Virus record (IMG/VR): IMGVR_UViG_3300031800_000786
Span: 1-52,852 of that record
DNA length: 52,852 bases
Reading direction: 5' to 3' (one strand)
DNA from: a virus
Lineage: Duplodnaviria; Caudoviricetes
Shown: piece after piece, positions 46,074 to 52,852 of the stretch
How the letters are laid out: every line of letters starts with the position of its first letter
Numbering within the stretch: position 1 is the stretch's first letter
Notes under the pieces: generated by a model
Databases searched by the model: none
What the model was told of the DNA's origin: nothing
Seen by the model: only the letters and a program-made list of their open reading frames with translations
Position numbers and translations under genes: made by a program

Positions 46074-46102
46074 GAGCCAGCGCCTAAGGGCGCAGCTCTT
46101 TT
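46074..46102 (+). terminator. Probable intrinsic terminator (tL-like)
   Basis: GAGC-CA-GCGCC-taag-GGCGC-A-GCTC-TTTT. Confidence 0.55.
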
Positions 46103-46115
46103 AACCGAGGTTCAT

Positions 46116-46355
46116 ATGAAATATTTAAGAGTTCCACAATTAAGAATGGTCGAGCATTTGCGCTGTGATGATATTCAGTTTGGCCTGGCCATTGTTAAAG
46201 CATCTAAGTTCCAGGGCTCAGAAGGCTGGACGTTACCGGGCTGCGTTTTCACTCGAAATAGAGTTGAAGCTTATAACGTGTGTAAAAAGATGCACAACAT
46301 GATTGAAGCCGCAGGCGGCATGCCATTAGTTACAAAAGTAAAGCGAGCAGCCTAA
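46116..46355 (+). CDS. Small conserved phage protein (DUF1317-like)
   Basis: DDI.FG..., GW.LPG...TRN..EA; GAGGT RBS. Confidence 0.65.
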   Translation: MKYLRVPQLRMVEHLRCDDIQFGLAIVKASKFQGSEGWTLPGCVFTRNRVEAYNVCKKMHNMIEAAGGMPLVTKVKRAA

Positions 46356-46498
46356 TGATGCACGACTACATGGCAATAACCGGAAACAGCTCAAGCGCAC
46401 TGGAAAAGCAAAAGCGCAGAGATTTTATAAAGATGGCAGCAGTAAATACAGTGCGCGTTTTAGTGCTAGCCGCCATCATTTTTTTAACGACTAAGTAA
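46355..46498 (+). CDS. 47-aa peptide with twin-arginine-like motif and C-terminal hydrophobic helix (absent from ORF track)
   Basis: TAATG overlap; MMHDYMAITGNSSSALEKQKRRDFIKMAAVNTVRVLVLAAIIFLTTK*. Confidence 0.6.
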   Translation: MMHDYMAITGNSSSALEKQKRRDFIKMAAVNTVRVLVLAAIIFLTTK

Positions 46499-46507
46499 GG
46501 TTTAACA

Positions 46508-47662
46508 ATGAAAAATATCCAAGTTTTTGCAGCAGAGTTACCGGAAGTATCAGTTTTAGAAAGCAAAGTAGAAGAAGAGCAAGGCGTTATATTTACACCG
46601 CTTACAGATAGCCAGTGGAGCAATCTAGGCTTCAAGGCCGAGCGTCAGTTTGTAGCTTTAGAAAATGGGTACCGCATTGACTTTACTTACAGTAGTAAAG
46701 ATTACCCTAAGGCCCAGGTATTGGAGCGCGTTAACGAAGTGATTGAGGGTTTAGCTCACGACCCTAGCAAAGAAGAGGTAGACATAATAACCGAAGAGGT
46801 TAACGCTGATTTTTGTGCTCGCTCAATAGTAAAAACCATGCACTTCTCAGCTTTTTATCACACAAAAAAGGAAACGCTTATTTTTGATTGCAAATCAGTT
46901 TTAGCGCAAAGAGCTTTAGGGCTTTTATTGAAGCTGGTTGAATCAATTGAAACTAAAACCCTGCACTGTAGCGGCATTTCTAACTCACTCACTACAAATA
47001 TGCTCGACCAATTGACGCAACAAGAAGAAGCGCTTGGCACAGATAAACTTTACTTTGCAGGCTTTGAGGTAGGCGACTTGCTGGTCATGCAGAACGCAGG
47101 TAAAGACGTTGCCCGCTTCAAGGGGGATTACCCTACCGAAAATATTAAAGAGCTTATTGAGCAAGGTTACGAGATAAAAGAAATCTCACTTTCTAAAGAT
47201 GGGATCGCATTCACGATAACCGACGCATTTAAAATTAAAGGCATTAAAGAGCTATTTGAAGTTGATAGCGCAATGTTTGACACCGCAGAGGAATATGAAA
47301 TTAACAAGCAAACGATCGCGTTAGAGCTAATGACCAGTCATTGCGAGCAACTAAGAGCGGCGTTTGATAAGCAAAACAGTGACGAAGATCAGCAAGGCTC
47401 ATTAGATGACGATCAAGACGATGGTAACGAGTCGCTGATTGCCGAACACAACGCCAAGCATCAAGACAGCAACGGTAATGACGCACTCTATGAAGAAGCC
47501 AAAGCGTTTGTTCAAGAAACGGAGAGCGCATCAGTCTCGCGCATTCAGCGCAAATTTAGAATTGGTTACAACCGAGCAGCCCGCTTAGTCGAGCAGCTTG
47601 AAGCTAACCACATTGTCACTGCGCCAGGTCATAACGGCGAGCGCACAGTTATACCTTTTTAA
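46508..47662 (+). CDS. Divergent RdgC-like protein fused to an FtsK gamma domain
   Basis: F.PL...Q....GF N-terminus and I..G..I.E..L RdgC-like segments; C-terminal D.LY..A..FV....[21 protein letters not shown]. Confidence 0.8.
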   Translation: MKNIQVFAAELPEVSVLESKVEEEQGVIFTPLTDSQWSNLGFKAERQFVALENGYRIDFTYSSKDYPKAQVLERVNEVIEGLAHDPSKEEVDIITEEVNADFCARSIVKTMHFSAFYHTKKETLIFDCKSVLAQRALGLLLKLVESIETKTLHCSGISNSLTTNMLDQLTQQEEALGTDKLYFAGFEVGDLLVMQNAGKDVARFKGDYPTENIKELIEQGYEIKEISLSKDGIAFTITDAFKIKGIKELFEVDSAMFDTAEEYEINKQTIALELMTSHCEQLRAAFDKQNSDEDQQGSLDDDQDDGNESLIAEHNAKHQDSNGNDALYEEAKAFVQETESASVSRIQRKFRIGYNRAARLVEQLEANHIVTAPGHNGERTVIPF

Positions 47663-47685
47663 TCAAACAAAGTAAGGAGCCGATC

Positions 47686-48399
47686 ATGGCACGCGGAGTG
47701 AACAAAGTAATTTTAGTAGGCAATTGTGGGCAAGACCCTGAAGTACGTTACATGCCTAATGGTAACGCAGTAGCCAACGTAACACTTGCTACAAGTGAAA
47801 ACTACAAAGATAAAAACACAGGCCAAGCAGTTGAAAAAACCGAATGGCACCGAGTTGTGCTGTTTGGCAAGCTAGCCGAAATCGTTGGCGAATACGTCCG
47901 TAAAGGCTCACAGATTTACGTTGAAGGTAAACTTCAAACCCGTAAATGGACTGATCAACAAGGCCAAGAAAAATACACCACTGAAATCGTAGTTGATGGT
48001 TTTACCGGTCAAATGCAAATGCTAGGCGCTCGACAAGGCGGGCAAGCTCAGGGCAACCAAGGTAATAATAATTACCAAGGCCAACAAAACAACCACGTGC
48101 AAGGCAATAACCAAGGCCAAGCGCAGGGTAATAATTCTCACGGCAATAGTAATAATAATTACCAAGGCAATAGCCAAGCGCAGCGCCAAGGTAACGGACA
48201 AGCTCAGCGCCAAAATAGCCAAGGCCAACAGCAAGGAGGTCAAGCGCAGCAAGGCGTATCAAACAGCCAATACATGAACGGCGGACAACAGCATGGAACA
48301 GCAGGTAACCCAATGGGTCCAGGTAATGACTTTTACGACGATGATATTCCATTCGCGCCAATTGGCTTGCAATACCCAGCACTCTTAATGTGCATGTAA
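47686..48399 (+). CDS. ssb: Single-stranded DNA-binding protein
   Basis: [28 protein letters not shown] linker, DDDIPF. Confidence 0.97.
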   Translation: MARGVNKVILVGNCGQDPEVRYMPNGNAVANVTLATSENYKDKNTGQAVEKTEWHRVVLFGKLAEIVGEYVRKGSQIYVEGKLQTRKWTDQQGQEKYTTEIVVDGFTGQMQMLGARQGGQAQGNQGNNNYQGQQNNHVQGNNQGQAQGNNSHGNSNNNYQGNSQAQRQGNGQAQRQNSQGQQQGGQAQQGVSNSQYMNGGQQHGTAGNPMGPGNDFYDDDIPFAPIGLQYPALLMCM

Positions 48400-48409
48400 G
48401 GAGCGCCCC

Positions 48410-49228
48410 ATGTTTGAACAATTTAACGGCCAAAAATTTAACCTGATATACGCAGATCCTGCTTGGCAATTCAGCAATAAAAAGACCGGCGGAAGCATGA
48501 AAAGCGGTGCAGCACATCACTACAAATCAACAATGAGCGTAGACGAGCTAAAAGCGATGCCTATTGATGATATTGCAGCTGACGATTGCATATTGGTTAT
48601 GTGGTGGGTTGGTTCAATGCCACAAGAAGCCCTAGACGTTGTTAAAGCATGGGGCTTTACGCTTAAAAATATGAATGGCTTTGTATGGAACAAGCTAACC
48701 ATAAACAATAACCCGCTTTTTGGTATGGGGTTTTGGACCCGTGCAGGTAGCGAGTCGGCCATCATTGCGATTAAAGGCAAGCCAGAAGTAGCTAGTCGCT
48801 CAGTGCGTGCGGTAGGCAACTACGACACCGAAAGCCTAGACGAAATACTAGGTCGTGGCGTGTTTTCAGGTGCATACCCTATTGGTGTGCATAGCGAAAA
48901 GCCAAACGAGTTTAGGCAGGCATGCGTTGAGTTAGCCGGTGATGTACCGCGTATCGAGTTGTTTTCTCGCAAGCGCGTTAAAGGCTGGTCTGTTTGGGGT
49001 GATGAAGTTGGGAAGCTAAATAAGAAACCCGCCGGCAATGTGGCTAAAACTAAATCAGAAGAGCCAAAGCTAAAGCCACATCAACAAGAAATGCTTTGTG
49101 CTTGTGGCTGCGGAATGAAAAAAGTAGTACGCAAAGCGGATCTCGCAAGAGGCTGGGGCATTTACTTTAGCAAGTCATGCAAAGGCCGTCATGCTGCCGA
49201 GCTAAGAAAAATAAGTAAAGCAGCCTAA
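48410..49228 (+). CDS. MT-A70 family adenine methyltransferase with C-terminal Cys-rich extension
   Basis: LIYADPAW, WGF, FGMG.WTR...E, HS.KP, RIELF.R...GW..WG. Confidence 0.92.
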   Translation: MFEQFNGQKFNLIYADPAWQFSNKKTGGSMKSGAAHHYKSTMSVDELKAMPIDDIAADDCILVMWWVGSMPQEALDVVKAWGFTLKNMNGFVWNKLTINNNPLFGMGFWTRAGSESAIIAIKGKPEVASRSVRAVGNYDTESLDEILGRGVFSGAYPIGVHSEKPNEFRQACVELAGDVPRIELFSRKRVKGWSVWGDEVGKLNKKPAGNVAKTKSEEPKLKPHQQEMLCACGCGMKKVVRKADLARGWGIYFSKSCKGRHAAELRKISKAA

Positions 49229-49599
49229 TGAAACCACAAGTTAAACGCAGAGCGCATAACTGGTATGCGCTAAATCAGACAGAGGTAAATGATATGTCAG
49301 CAAAAATTAAAATCAAAAAAGAAGTTGAACTAACAACTGCCCTTGCAGCTAAAAAAATGCTTGCGGCAGGTTGTTTTTTCTCAACTGACGACATTGTTAA
49401 AAAGTTTAAATGCTCAAAAGTGCGCGCAGCACAATGCTTATTATCAATACGTCGCGGCGATCGCTATGAAACCGAGGTTAAAAGAGATCCAATTCGCGTA
49501 AAAGTTTTATCTATTGGCGAAAAGAAAGAGGTAAGCCCGCTGGATAACAGATTCTTACTATTCCCTGTACCAAAGCTATTGCAAAGCAAGAGGGCTTAA
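49228..49599 (+). CDS. Hypothetical basic protein, possibly wHTH (alternative start at ATG 49294)
   Basis: TAATG overlap; GAGGT RBS before the internal ATG. Confidence 0.65.
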   Translation: MKPQVKRRAHNWYALNQTEVNDMSAKIKIKKEVELTTALAAKKMLAAGCFFSTDDIVKKFKCSKVRAAQCLLSIRRGDRYETEVKRDPIRVKVLSIGEKKEVSPLDNRFLLFPVPKLLQSKRA

Positions 49600-49601
49600 A
49601 T

Positions 49602-49886
49602 ATGAACAACGCAAATACCCCAGCAATGCCGTTAAGTGGCGATGCATACCAAGATTTTTCGGGTTATGACGGCACAAATAAAACAGGCTACAACCCTGAG
49701 TGCCAAGGCTTAACAAAACGTGAAATGTTTGCAATGCATGCAATGCAAGGGCTGCTTTCTAATAGTGGTGGCGTAGTTCAAGCTAACTGCATGCATGGTA
49801 CAGGTTTTTGCAATTCAGATGAGGTGAGCTTGGCGCAGTGGTCTATATCTTGTGCTGACGCTTTACTTAAGGAACTAGAAAAGTGA
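49602..49886 (+). CDS. Conserved phage hypothetical protein
   Basis: PAMP...GLTKRE.FA..AMQGLL....ADALL.EL family motif. Confidence 0.8.
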   Translation: MNNANTPAMPLSGDAYQDFSGYDGTNKTGYNPECQGLTKREMFAMHAMQGLLSNSGGVVQANCMHGTGFCNSDEVSLAQWSISCADALLKELEK

Positions 49887-50089
49887 ATGAGATAGACGCA
49901 TCAATCACACTTTTAGCGGCAGCATTCTCGCTTGTCGTTCTGCTTGCTCAGTCTTGGTTTTTAGGTGGCTACTTAGGCAAAAAGATAGCCGTGATTTATT
50001 TAGTGTGGGATTGCAAAAAACGTTTTCCTGAACACCCTGAAATAGTAAAGCCTTACAGGGATCACCTTAATAGTTATAAGAGAGGTTGA
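49883..50089 (+). CDS. Small membrane protein
   Basis: GTGA overlap, AAGGA RBS, N-terminal TM helix. Confidence 0.6.
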   Translation: MNEIDASITLLAAAFSLVVLLAQSWFLGGYLGKKIAVIYLVWDCKKRFPEHPEIVKPYRDHLNSYKRG

Positions 50090-50508
50090 CCATGAACAAC
50101 GCAAAAATCAAAGCCCTGGCTCTAAAGCATGGCTTTAAATTAAAAGAGCAAAAAGGCGGTGAAATGGACCTAAACGAATATGTTTATTCATTCGCCTGGG
50201 CCTTACTGCAAAGTGGTAAGCCTAACGTGTCTCATAAGCAATACTTAGCCGACTTGCTAAAAGATGCAGCCAACTGCGTGCCTGAAAAAAGCGTAGGTTA
50301 CGGCGTAACTATATACGCTAATGATGTGAGCGCCGACGAACCACGCTTTCGGTGGGACTTTTATAACGGTGTCGAGCGTAGCAATTTTGAATGCCGCGTG
50401 CCCGACACGCGCGAGGAATTGAACAGCGCACTTAACAACGCGAAAGGCTGTATGAAGTCAGCATGCTACCGCGCTATGAACCCTGACTTTGATAAAAAAT
50501 TAGCATAG
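50086..50508 (+). CDS. Hypothetical phage protein
   Basis: IK.LAL..GFKLK.Q..G.MDLN.YVY.FA N-terminal motif; start may be the ATG at 50092. Confidence 0.7.
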   Translation: MTMNNAKIKALALKHGFKLKEQKGGEMDLNEYVYSFAWALLQSGKPNVSHKQYLADLLKDAANCVPEKSVGYGVTIYANDVSADEPRFRWDFYNGVERSNFECRVPDTREELNSALNNAKGCMKSACYRAMNPDFDKKLA

Positions 50509-50515
50509 GTGATTT

Positions 50516-50752
50516 ATGGATATTGAGAAAATAATACTTACTGCTGCTGAAAAGCAATCAAAATGCAGCCGTGTTAAGCATGCTGAGGGCTTAATTTTAC
50601 AGCTGCCAAAAGATCATGAAGGTAGAAACTCTTGGCTTTTAAACTACGGAACGGGCCATGAAGCAAAAAGCATACGCAAGCGAGTAAGTGAAAGAAGAAA
50701 TTGTAAAATGCAATGGGACTTAACAACCAGCTCCCTTGCTCCGGCTAGGTAG
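50516..50752 (+). CDS. Conserved phage hypothetical protein
   Basis: AEGLI.QLP..H.GRNSWLLNYG motif; AGGT RBS. Confidence 0.75.
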   Translation: MDIEKIILTAAEKQSKCSRVKHAEGLILQLPKDHEGRNSWLLNYGTGHEAKSIRKRVSERRNCKMQWDLTTSSLAPAR

Positions 50753-50759
50753 GTGAACC

Positions 50760-51005
50760 ATGAGAATTGGGCAAATAAGAAAGATAACATTTTCAACTTT
50801 TCGCGGCGCGTTATCTGTTAACGGTGGCTTCTATGAGTTTGAACAAGACGTTACTAGAAATTGCCGGGTTGTACTCTCTAAATTTGGCACTCTTAAATGG
50901 CAAATAGTGAAGCGTAAAAACCAGCACCAATGGGATTGGGCTTTAGAGGCCGATCAAGAAGTTTTAGATAATCTTGAGTTAAATGAAGTGATAGGTGACT
51001 TATGA
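50760..51005 (+). CDS. Hypothetical protein
   Basis: AGGTG RBS, coupled to the next gene. Confidence 0.65.
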   Translation: MRIGQIRKITFSTFRGALSVNGGFYEFEQDVTRNCRVVLSKFGTLKWQIVKRKNQHQWDWALEADQEVLDNLELNEVIGDL

Positions 51006-51319
51006 GATCTGCAATAGAAATAAACGAGGCATTTAAAAATAACTTTAAGCGGGATATAGAGATTTTTAAATCGTGGGTGTTAGGTAGGAGCATACAGGAA
51101 ATATCCGAGCAAGCTGAGCTAAAAAGCCTGTATGTCAGAAGGTTTGTTTTACGAAGAGCTGAGCGAGCTATTTTGTTCTCTAACGGTTTGACCTGGAGCG
51201 ATATGCCGGGGAGCGGAGAAGTAACGCCAAATGATTATCAAAAACCTGAATACAAAAGCTTTTACCTAGCGCTTATTGAAAAGTCTTTGGCAGTGGATCT
51301 TGGTGGCATTTATGAGTAA
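51002..51319 (+). CDS. Hypothetical protein with HTH-like segment
   Basis: RD.EIF.....G.S..EI sigma-region-4-like pattern. Confidence 0.55.
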   Translation: MRSAIEINEAFKNNFKRDIEIFKSWVLGRSIQEISEQAELKSLYVRRFVLRRAERAILFSNGLTWSDMPGSGEVTPNDYQKPEYKSFYLALIEKSLAVDLGGIYE

Positions 51320-51596
51320 TTACACATGCAAAAAATGCAAAGCCAAGCTAAGAGCCAGTGAAGCGTACGAGTATCGCGGTGCGTTTGCTTGCGAGGCTCA
51401 CTTTGATGAAGTTATTGAAATGCGCGACTTCGAGCGCAACCAAATCATTAAAGAAGAGCACGACAAAACCCAAGCGTTTAAAGGGTTAGATTTAAGCGAC
51501 AGCGCAATTGGCAGAGCAAACAAGCAACTTTTAAAACAAAAAATTGAAATTGCCGGCAACGAAAGCCAGCGTCTAAAAAATTATGAGGGCAGATAA
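51312..51596 (+). CDS. Small zinc-finger protein
   Basis: C..C.......AYEYRG...C..H; ATG at 51312 after GGTGG. Confidence 0.7.
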   Translation: MSNYTCKKCKAKLRASEAYEYRGAFACEAHFDEVIEMRDFERNQIIKEEHDKTQAFKGLDLSDSAIGRANKQLLKQKIEIAGNESQRLKNYEGR

Positions 51597-52470
51597 AATG
51601 CAAGCATCACTACATTCAAGCGAGTTACTAACCAGCTTTATCCATTCGTACAATGAAGAGCAGACTGAAATTGAGCGGCAAGAGCAAATGCACGCACTCT
51701 ACAAAGCGAACGTGCAAGACGAAATAGCCCTACTTAAATCGAAGCTGGAGGCTGAGAGGCGCTTTACAACTAAGTTACAAGAAGATATTAATCAAAACAA
51801 TATCGACCTAAATAAAGCGGCTCAGGCTGTAGAAAATGGCCTTTTGATTGCTAAAAAGCAAACGGCACTAAATAAAAAAATAGAAACGCTTGAAAACCAG
51901 AACGCAAGCTTGCATGAGCAGCTTAAAATAGCGCAGAAAAAAGTAACCGAGCTAAACCAGCTCAACCCGAAAAAACTTAAAGAGCAAAACAAGCGCCAAA
52001 AAGAGGCTAACGAAAAAGCCCAGGCTAGAGCTAAATACCTCGAAAAGTGCACAAAAGAAAATCAGGCAGAAATTAAGGACTTAACCGGTGTTATCAAAAA
52101 GGCCACGCTAACCATTGCCGAATTAAAGCACGATCTTGATAGAAGTAAAGGTACTGGTGTTTATCATAGCGGCGAGCATCATTTGATTATATGGCCGCAA
52201 GAAATAAACATAGAGCGCGAAGATGGCACAAACTTTAAAGGCCGCACGCTTTTATATTTACACCAAAGCGGGCGCGGAGGCTTACTTGCTCAAGATTCAG
52301 ATATGACTACTCACTTGTGCCCTGGACCTAAAGGCGGATTAAGGCCAAGTAAAGACACGCTTGAATTTGCCGAGCGGTGGTTAAGCCAGGTCAACGAGGT
52401 TCAGGGTGGAGTTGTAACCGAGTTAGATATGATCCCGGTTAACTTAAATTCAAAGGCAGGTGATGCATGA
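51583..52470 (+). CDS. Coiled-coil protein with globular C-terminal domain
   Basis: Long heptad region, LNPKKLK.Q.KR, LLY.HQSGR. Confidence 0.75.
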   Translation: MRADKMQASLHSSELLTSFIHSYNEEQTEIERQEQMHALYKANVQDEIALLKSKLEAERRFTTKLQEDINQNNIDLNKAAQAVENGLLIAKKQTALNKKIETLENQNASLHEQLKIAQKKVTELNQLNPKKLKEQNKRQKEANEKAQARAKYLEKCTKENQAEIKDLTGVIKKATLTIAELKHDLDRSKGTGVYHSGEHHLIIWPQEINIEREDGTNFKGRTLLYLHQSGRGGLLAQDSDMTTHLCPGPKGGLRPSKDTLEFAERWLSQVNEVQGGVVTELDMIPVNLNSKAGDA

Positions 52471-52652
52471 GCAAAATATACAACCCTGAATTTCACTTTA
52501 ACCATAAAAAACCTTGGCTAACTACTGAGGTTCAATATTTAAAAGAAATGCGCGCAACAAAATCACTTCAAGATATTAGCTTGGCGCTTGGCAGAACATA
52601 TAAAACTGTAGCGGATATGGTTTACAGATTAAAAAAGGCAGGTGATTTATGA
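52467..52652 (+). CDS. Small Myb/HTH-like DNA-binding protein
   Basis: W...E..YL.......I..ALGRT..TV. Confidence 0.7.
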   Translation: MSKIYNPEFHFNHKKPWLTTEVQYLKEMRATKSLQDISLALGRTYKTVADMVYRLKKAGDL

Positions 52653-52852
52653 GCTTACCATCGAGTAAATACTTAGTAACAAAAGATGTAGCCGCCCTGT
52701 TTGGTGTAAAACCAAATACCATTTTGGAATGGGAAAAGGACGGCAAGTTTCCAAGGGCAACAATTATCGGCAAGCCTAAGCGCTGGGACGCTAAAGTTGT
52801 CGATGATCATTGCAAAGCGTTAAGGGGTCAATCTATTCGCCTTTCAGCATGA
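52649..52852 (+). CDS. xis: Excisionase / AlpA-like wHTH
   Basis: KDVA..FGV...TI..W...GKFP......KRW; last pL-operon gene in the window. Confidence 0.8.
   Translation: MSLPSSKYLVTKDVAALFGVKPNTILEWEKDGKFPRATIIGKPKRWDAKVVDDHCKALRGQSIRLSA

Larger units (their letters stand above)
1..52852. mobile_element. Temperate lambdoid podophage/prophage, near-complete genome (integrase and att not in window)
   Basis: cI/cro switch, O/P replication, Q, lysis, terminase, portal, capsid, tail and ejection genes, recombination operon and xis in lambdoid order; no tape measure or tail tube gene recognised. Confidence 0.96.

Noticed and set aside
48030-48300. CAAGG-rich low-complexity repeats
   Set aside because: Encode the ordinary Q/G/N disordered linker of SSB; the antisense ORFs here are artefacts
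52849-52852. Integrase start (ATGA overlap with the xis stop) and att site
   Set aside because: Plausible but the window ends; cannot be supported
1-52852. tRNA, rRNA, IS elements, introns/inteins
   Set aside because: No cloverleaf, transposase or intein/homing-endonuclease signature noticed by eye; tRNAscan/Infernal not run

Overview
The window is almost the whole genome of a temperate, lambdoid-organised podophage or prophage. The virion module is of the 933W/Stx-phage type with an N4-gp56-like capsid; the host is probably a marine gammaproteobacterium (inference). On the minus strand, reading right to left, are cro, cII-like, traR/dksA-like, O (with iterons), P-like, ninB, DUF1364, rusA and Q. 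These are followed by a ~2.9 kb accessory insert, a pR'-like late promoter, lysis genes, terS, terL, portal, scaffold, capsid, adaptors, tail fibre, nozzle, spike, four ejection-type proteins and a 4268-aa polyvalent protein. On the plus strand are cI, two small exported morons and the pL operon (Sak/Rad52-like annealase, RdgC-FtsK-gamma fusion, SSB, MT-A70 methyltransferase, many small hypotheticals, excisionase). No integrase or att site is visible. The four most interesting items: (1) the giant, probably co-injected protein combines ParB-like, HARP-like, N6-adenine MTase, Strawberry-notch SF2 helicase, zincin peptidase, ADP-ribosyltransferase and LPD38 modules, with recurring [FL]S[KR] linkers around the last three; (2) a non-coding element at 36.39-36.57 kb carries eight TTGTTCCG-type repeats, a perfect IHF consensus and an imperfect palindrome, and resembles a lambda-cosB-like packaging site ~3.8 kb from terS, directly upstream of a self-promoted 5-gene cassette; (3) a RyR-domain/crAss001_48-like small-gene cluster between portal and scaffold is a candidate anti-defence locus; (4) an unannotated 47-aa peptide resembles a cargo-less twin-arginine signal. 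All family assignments come from motif recognition by eye; no searches were run.
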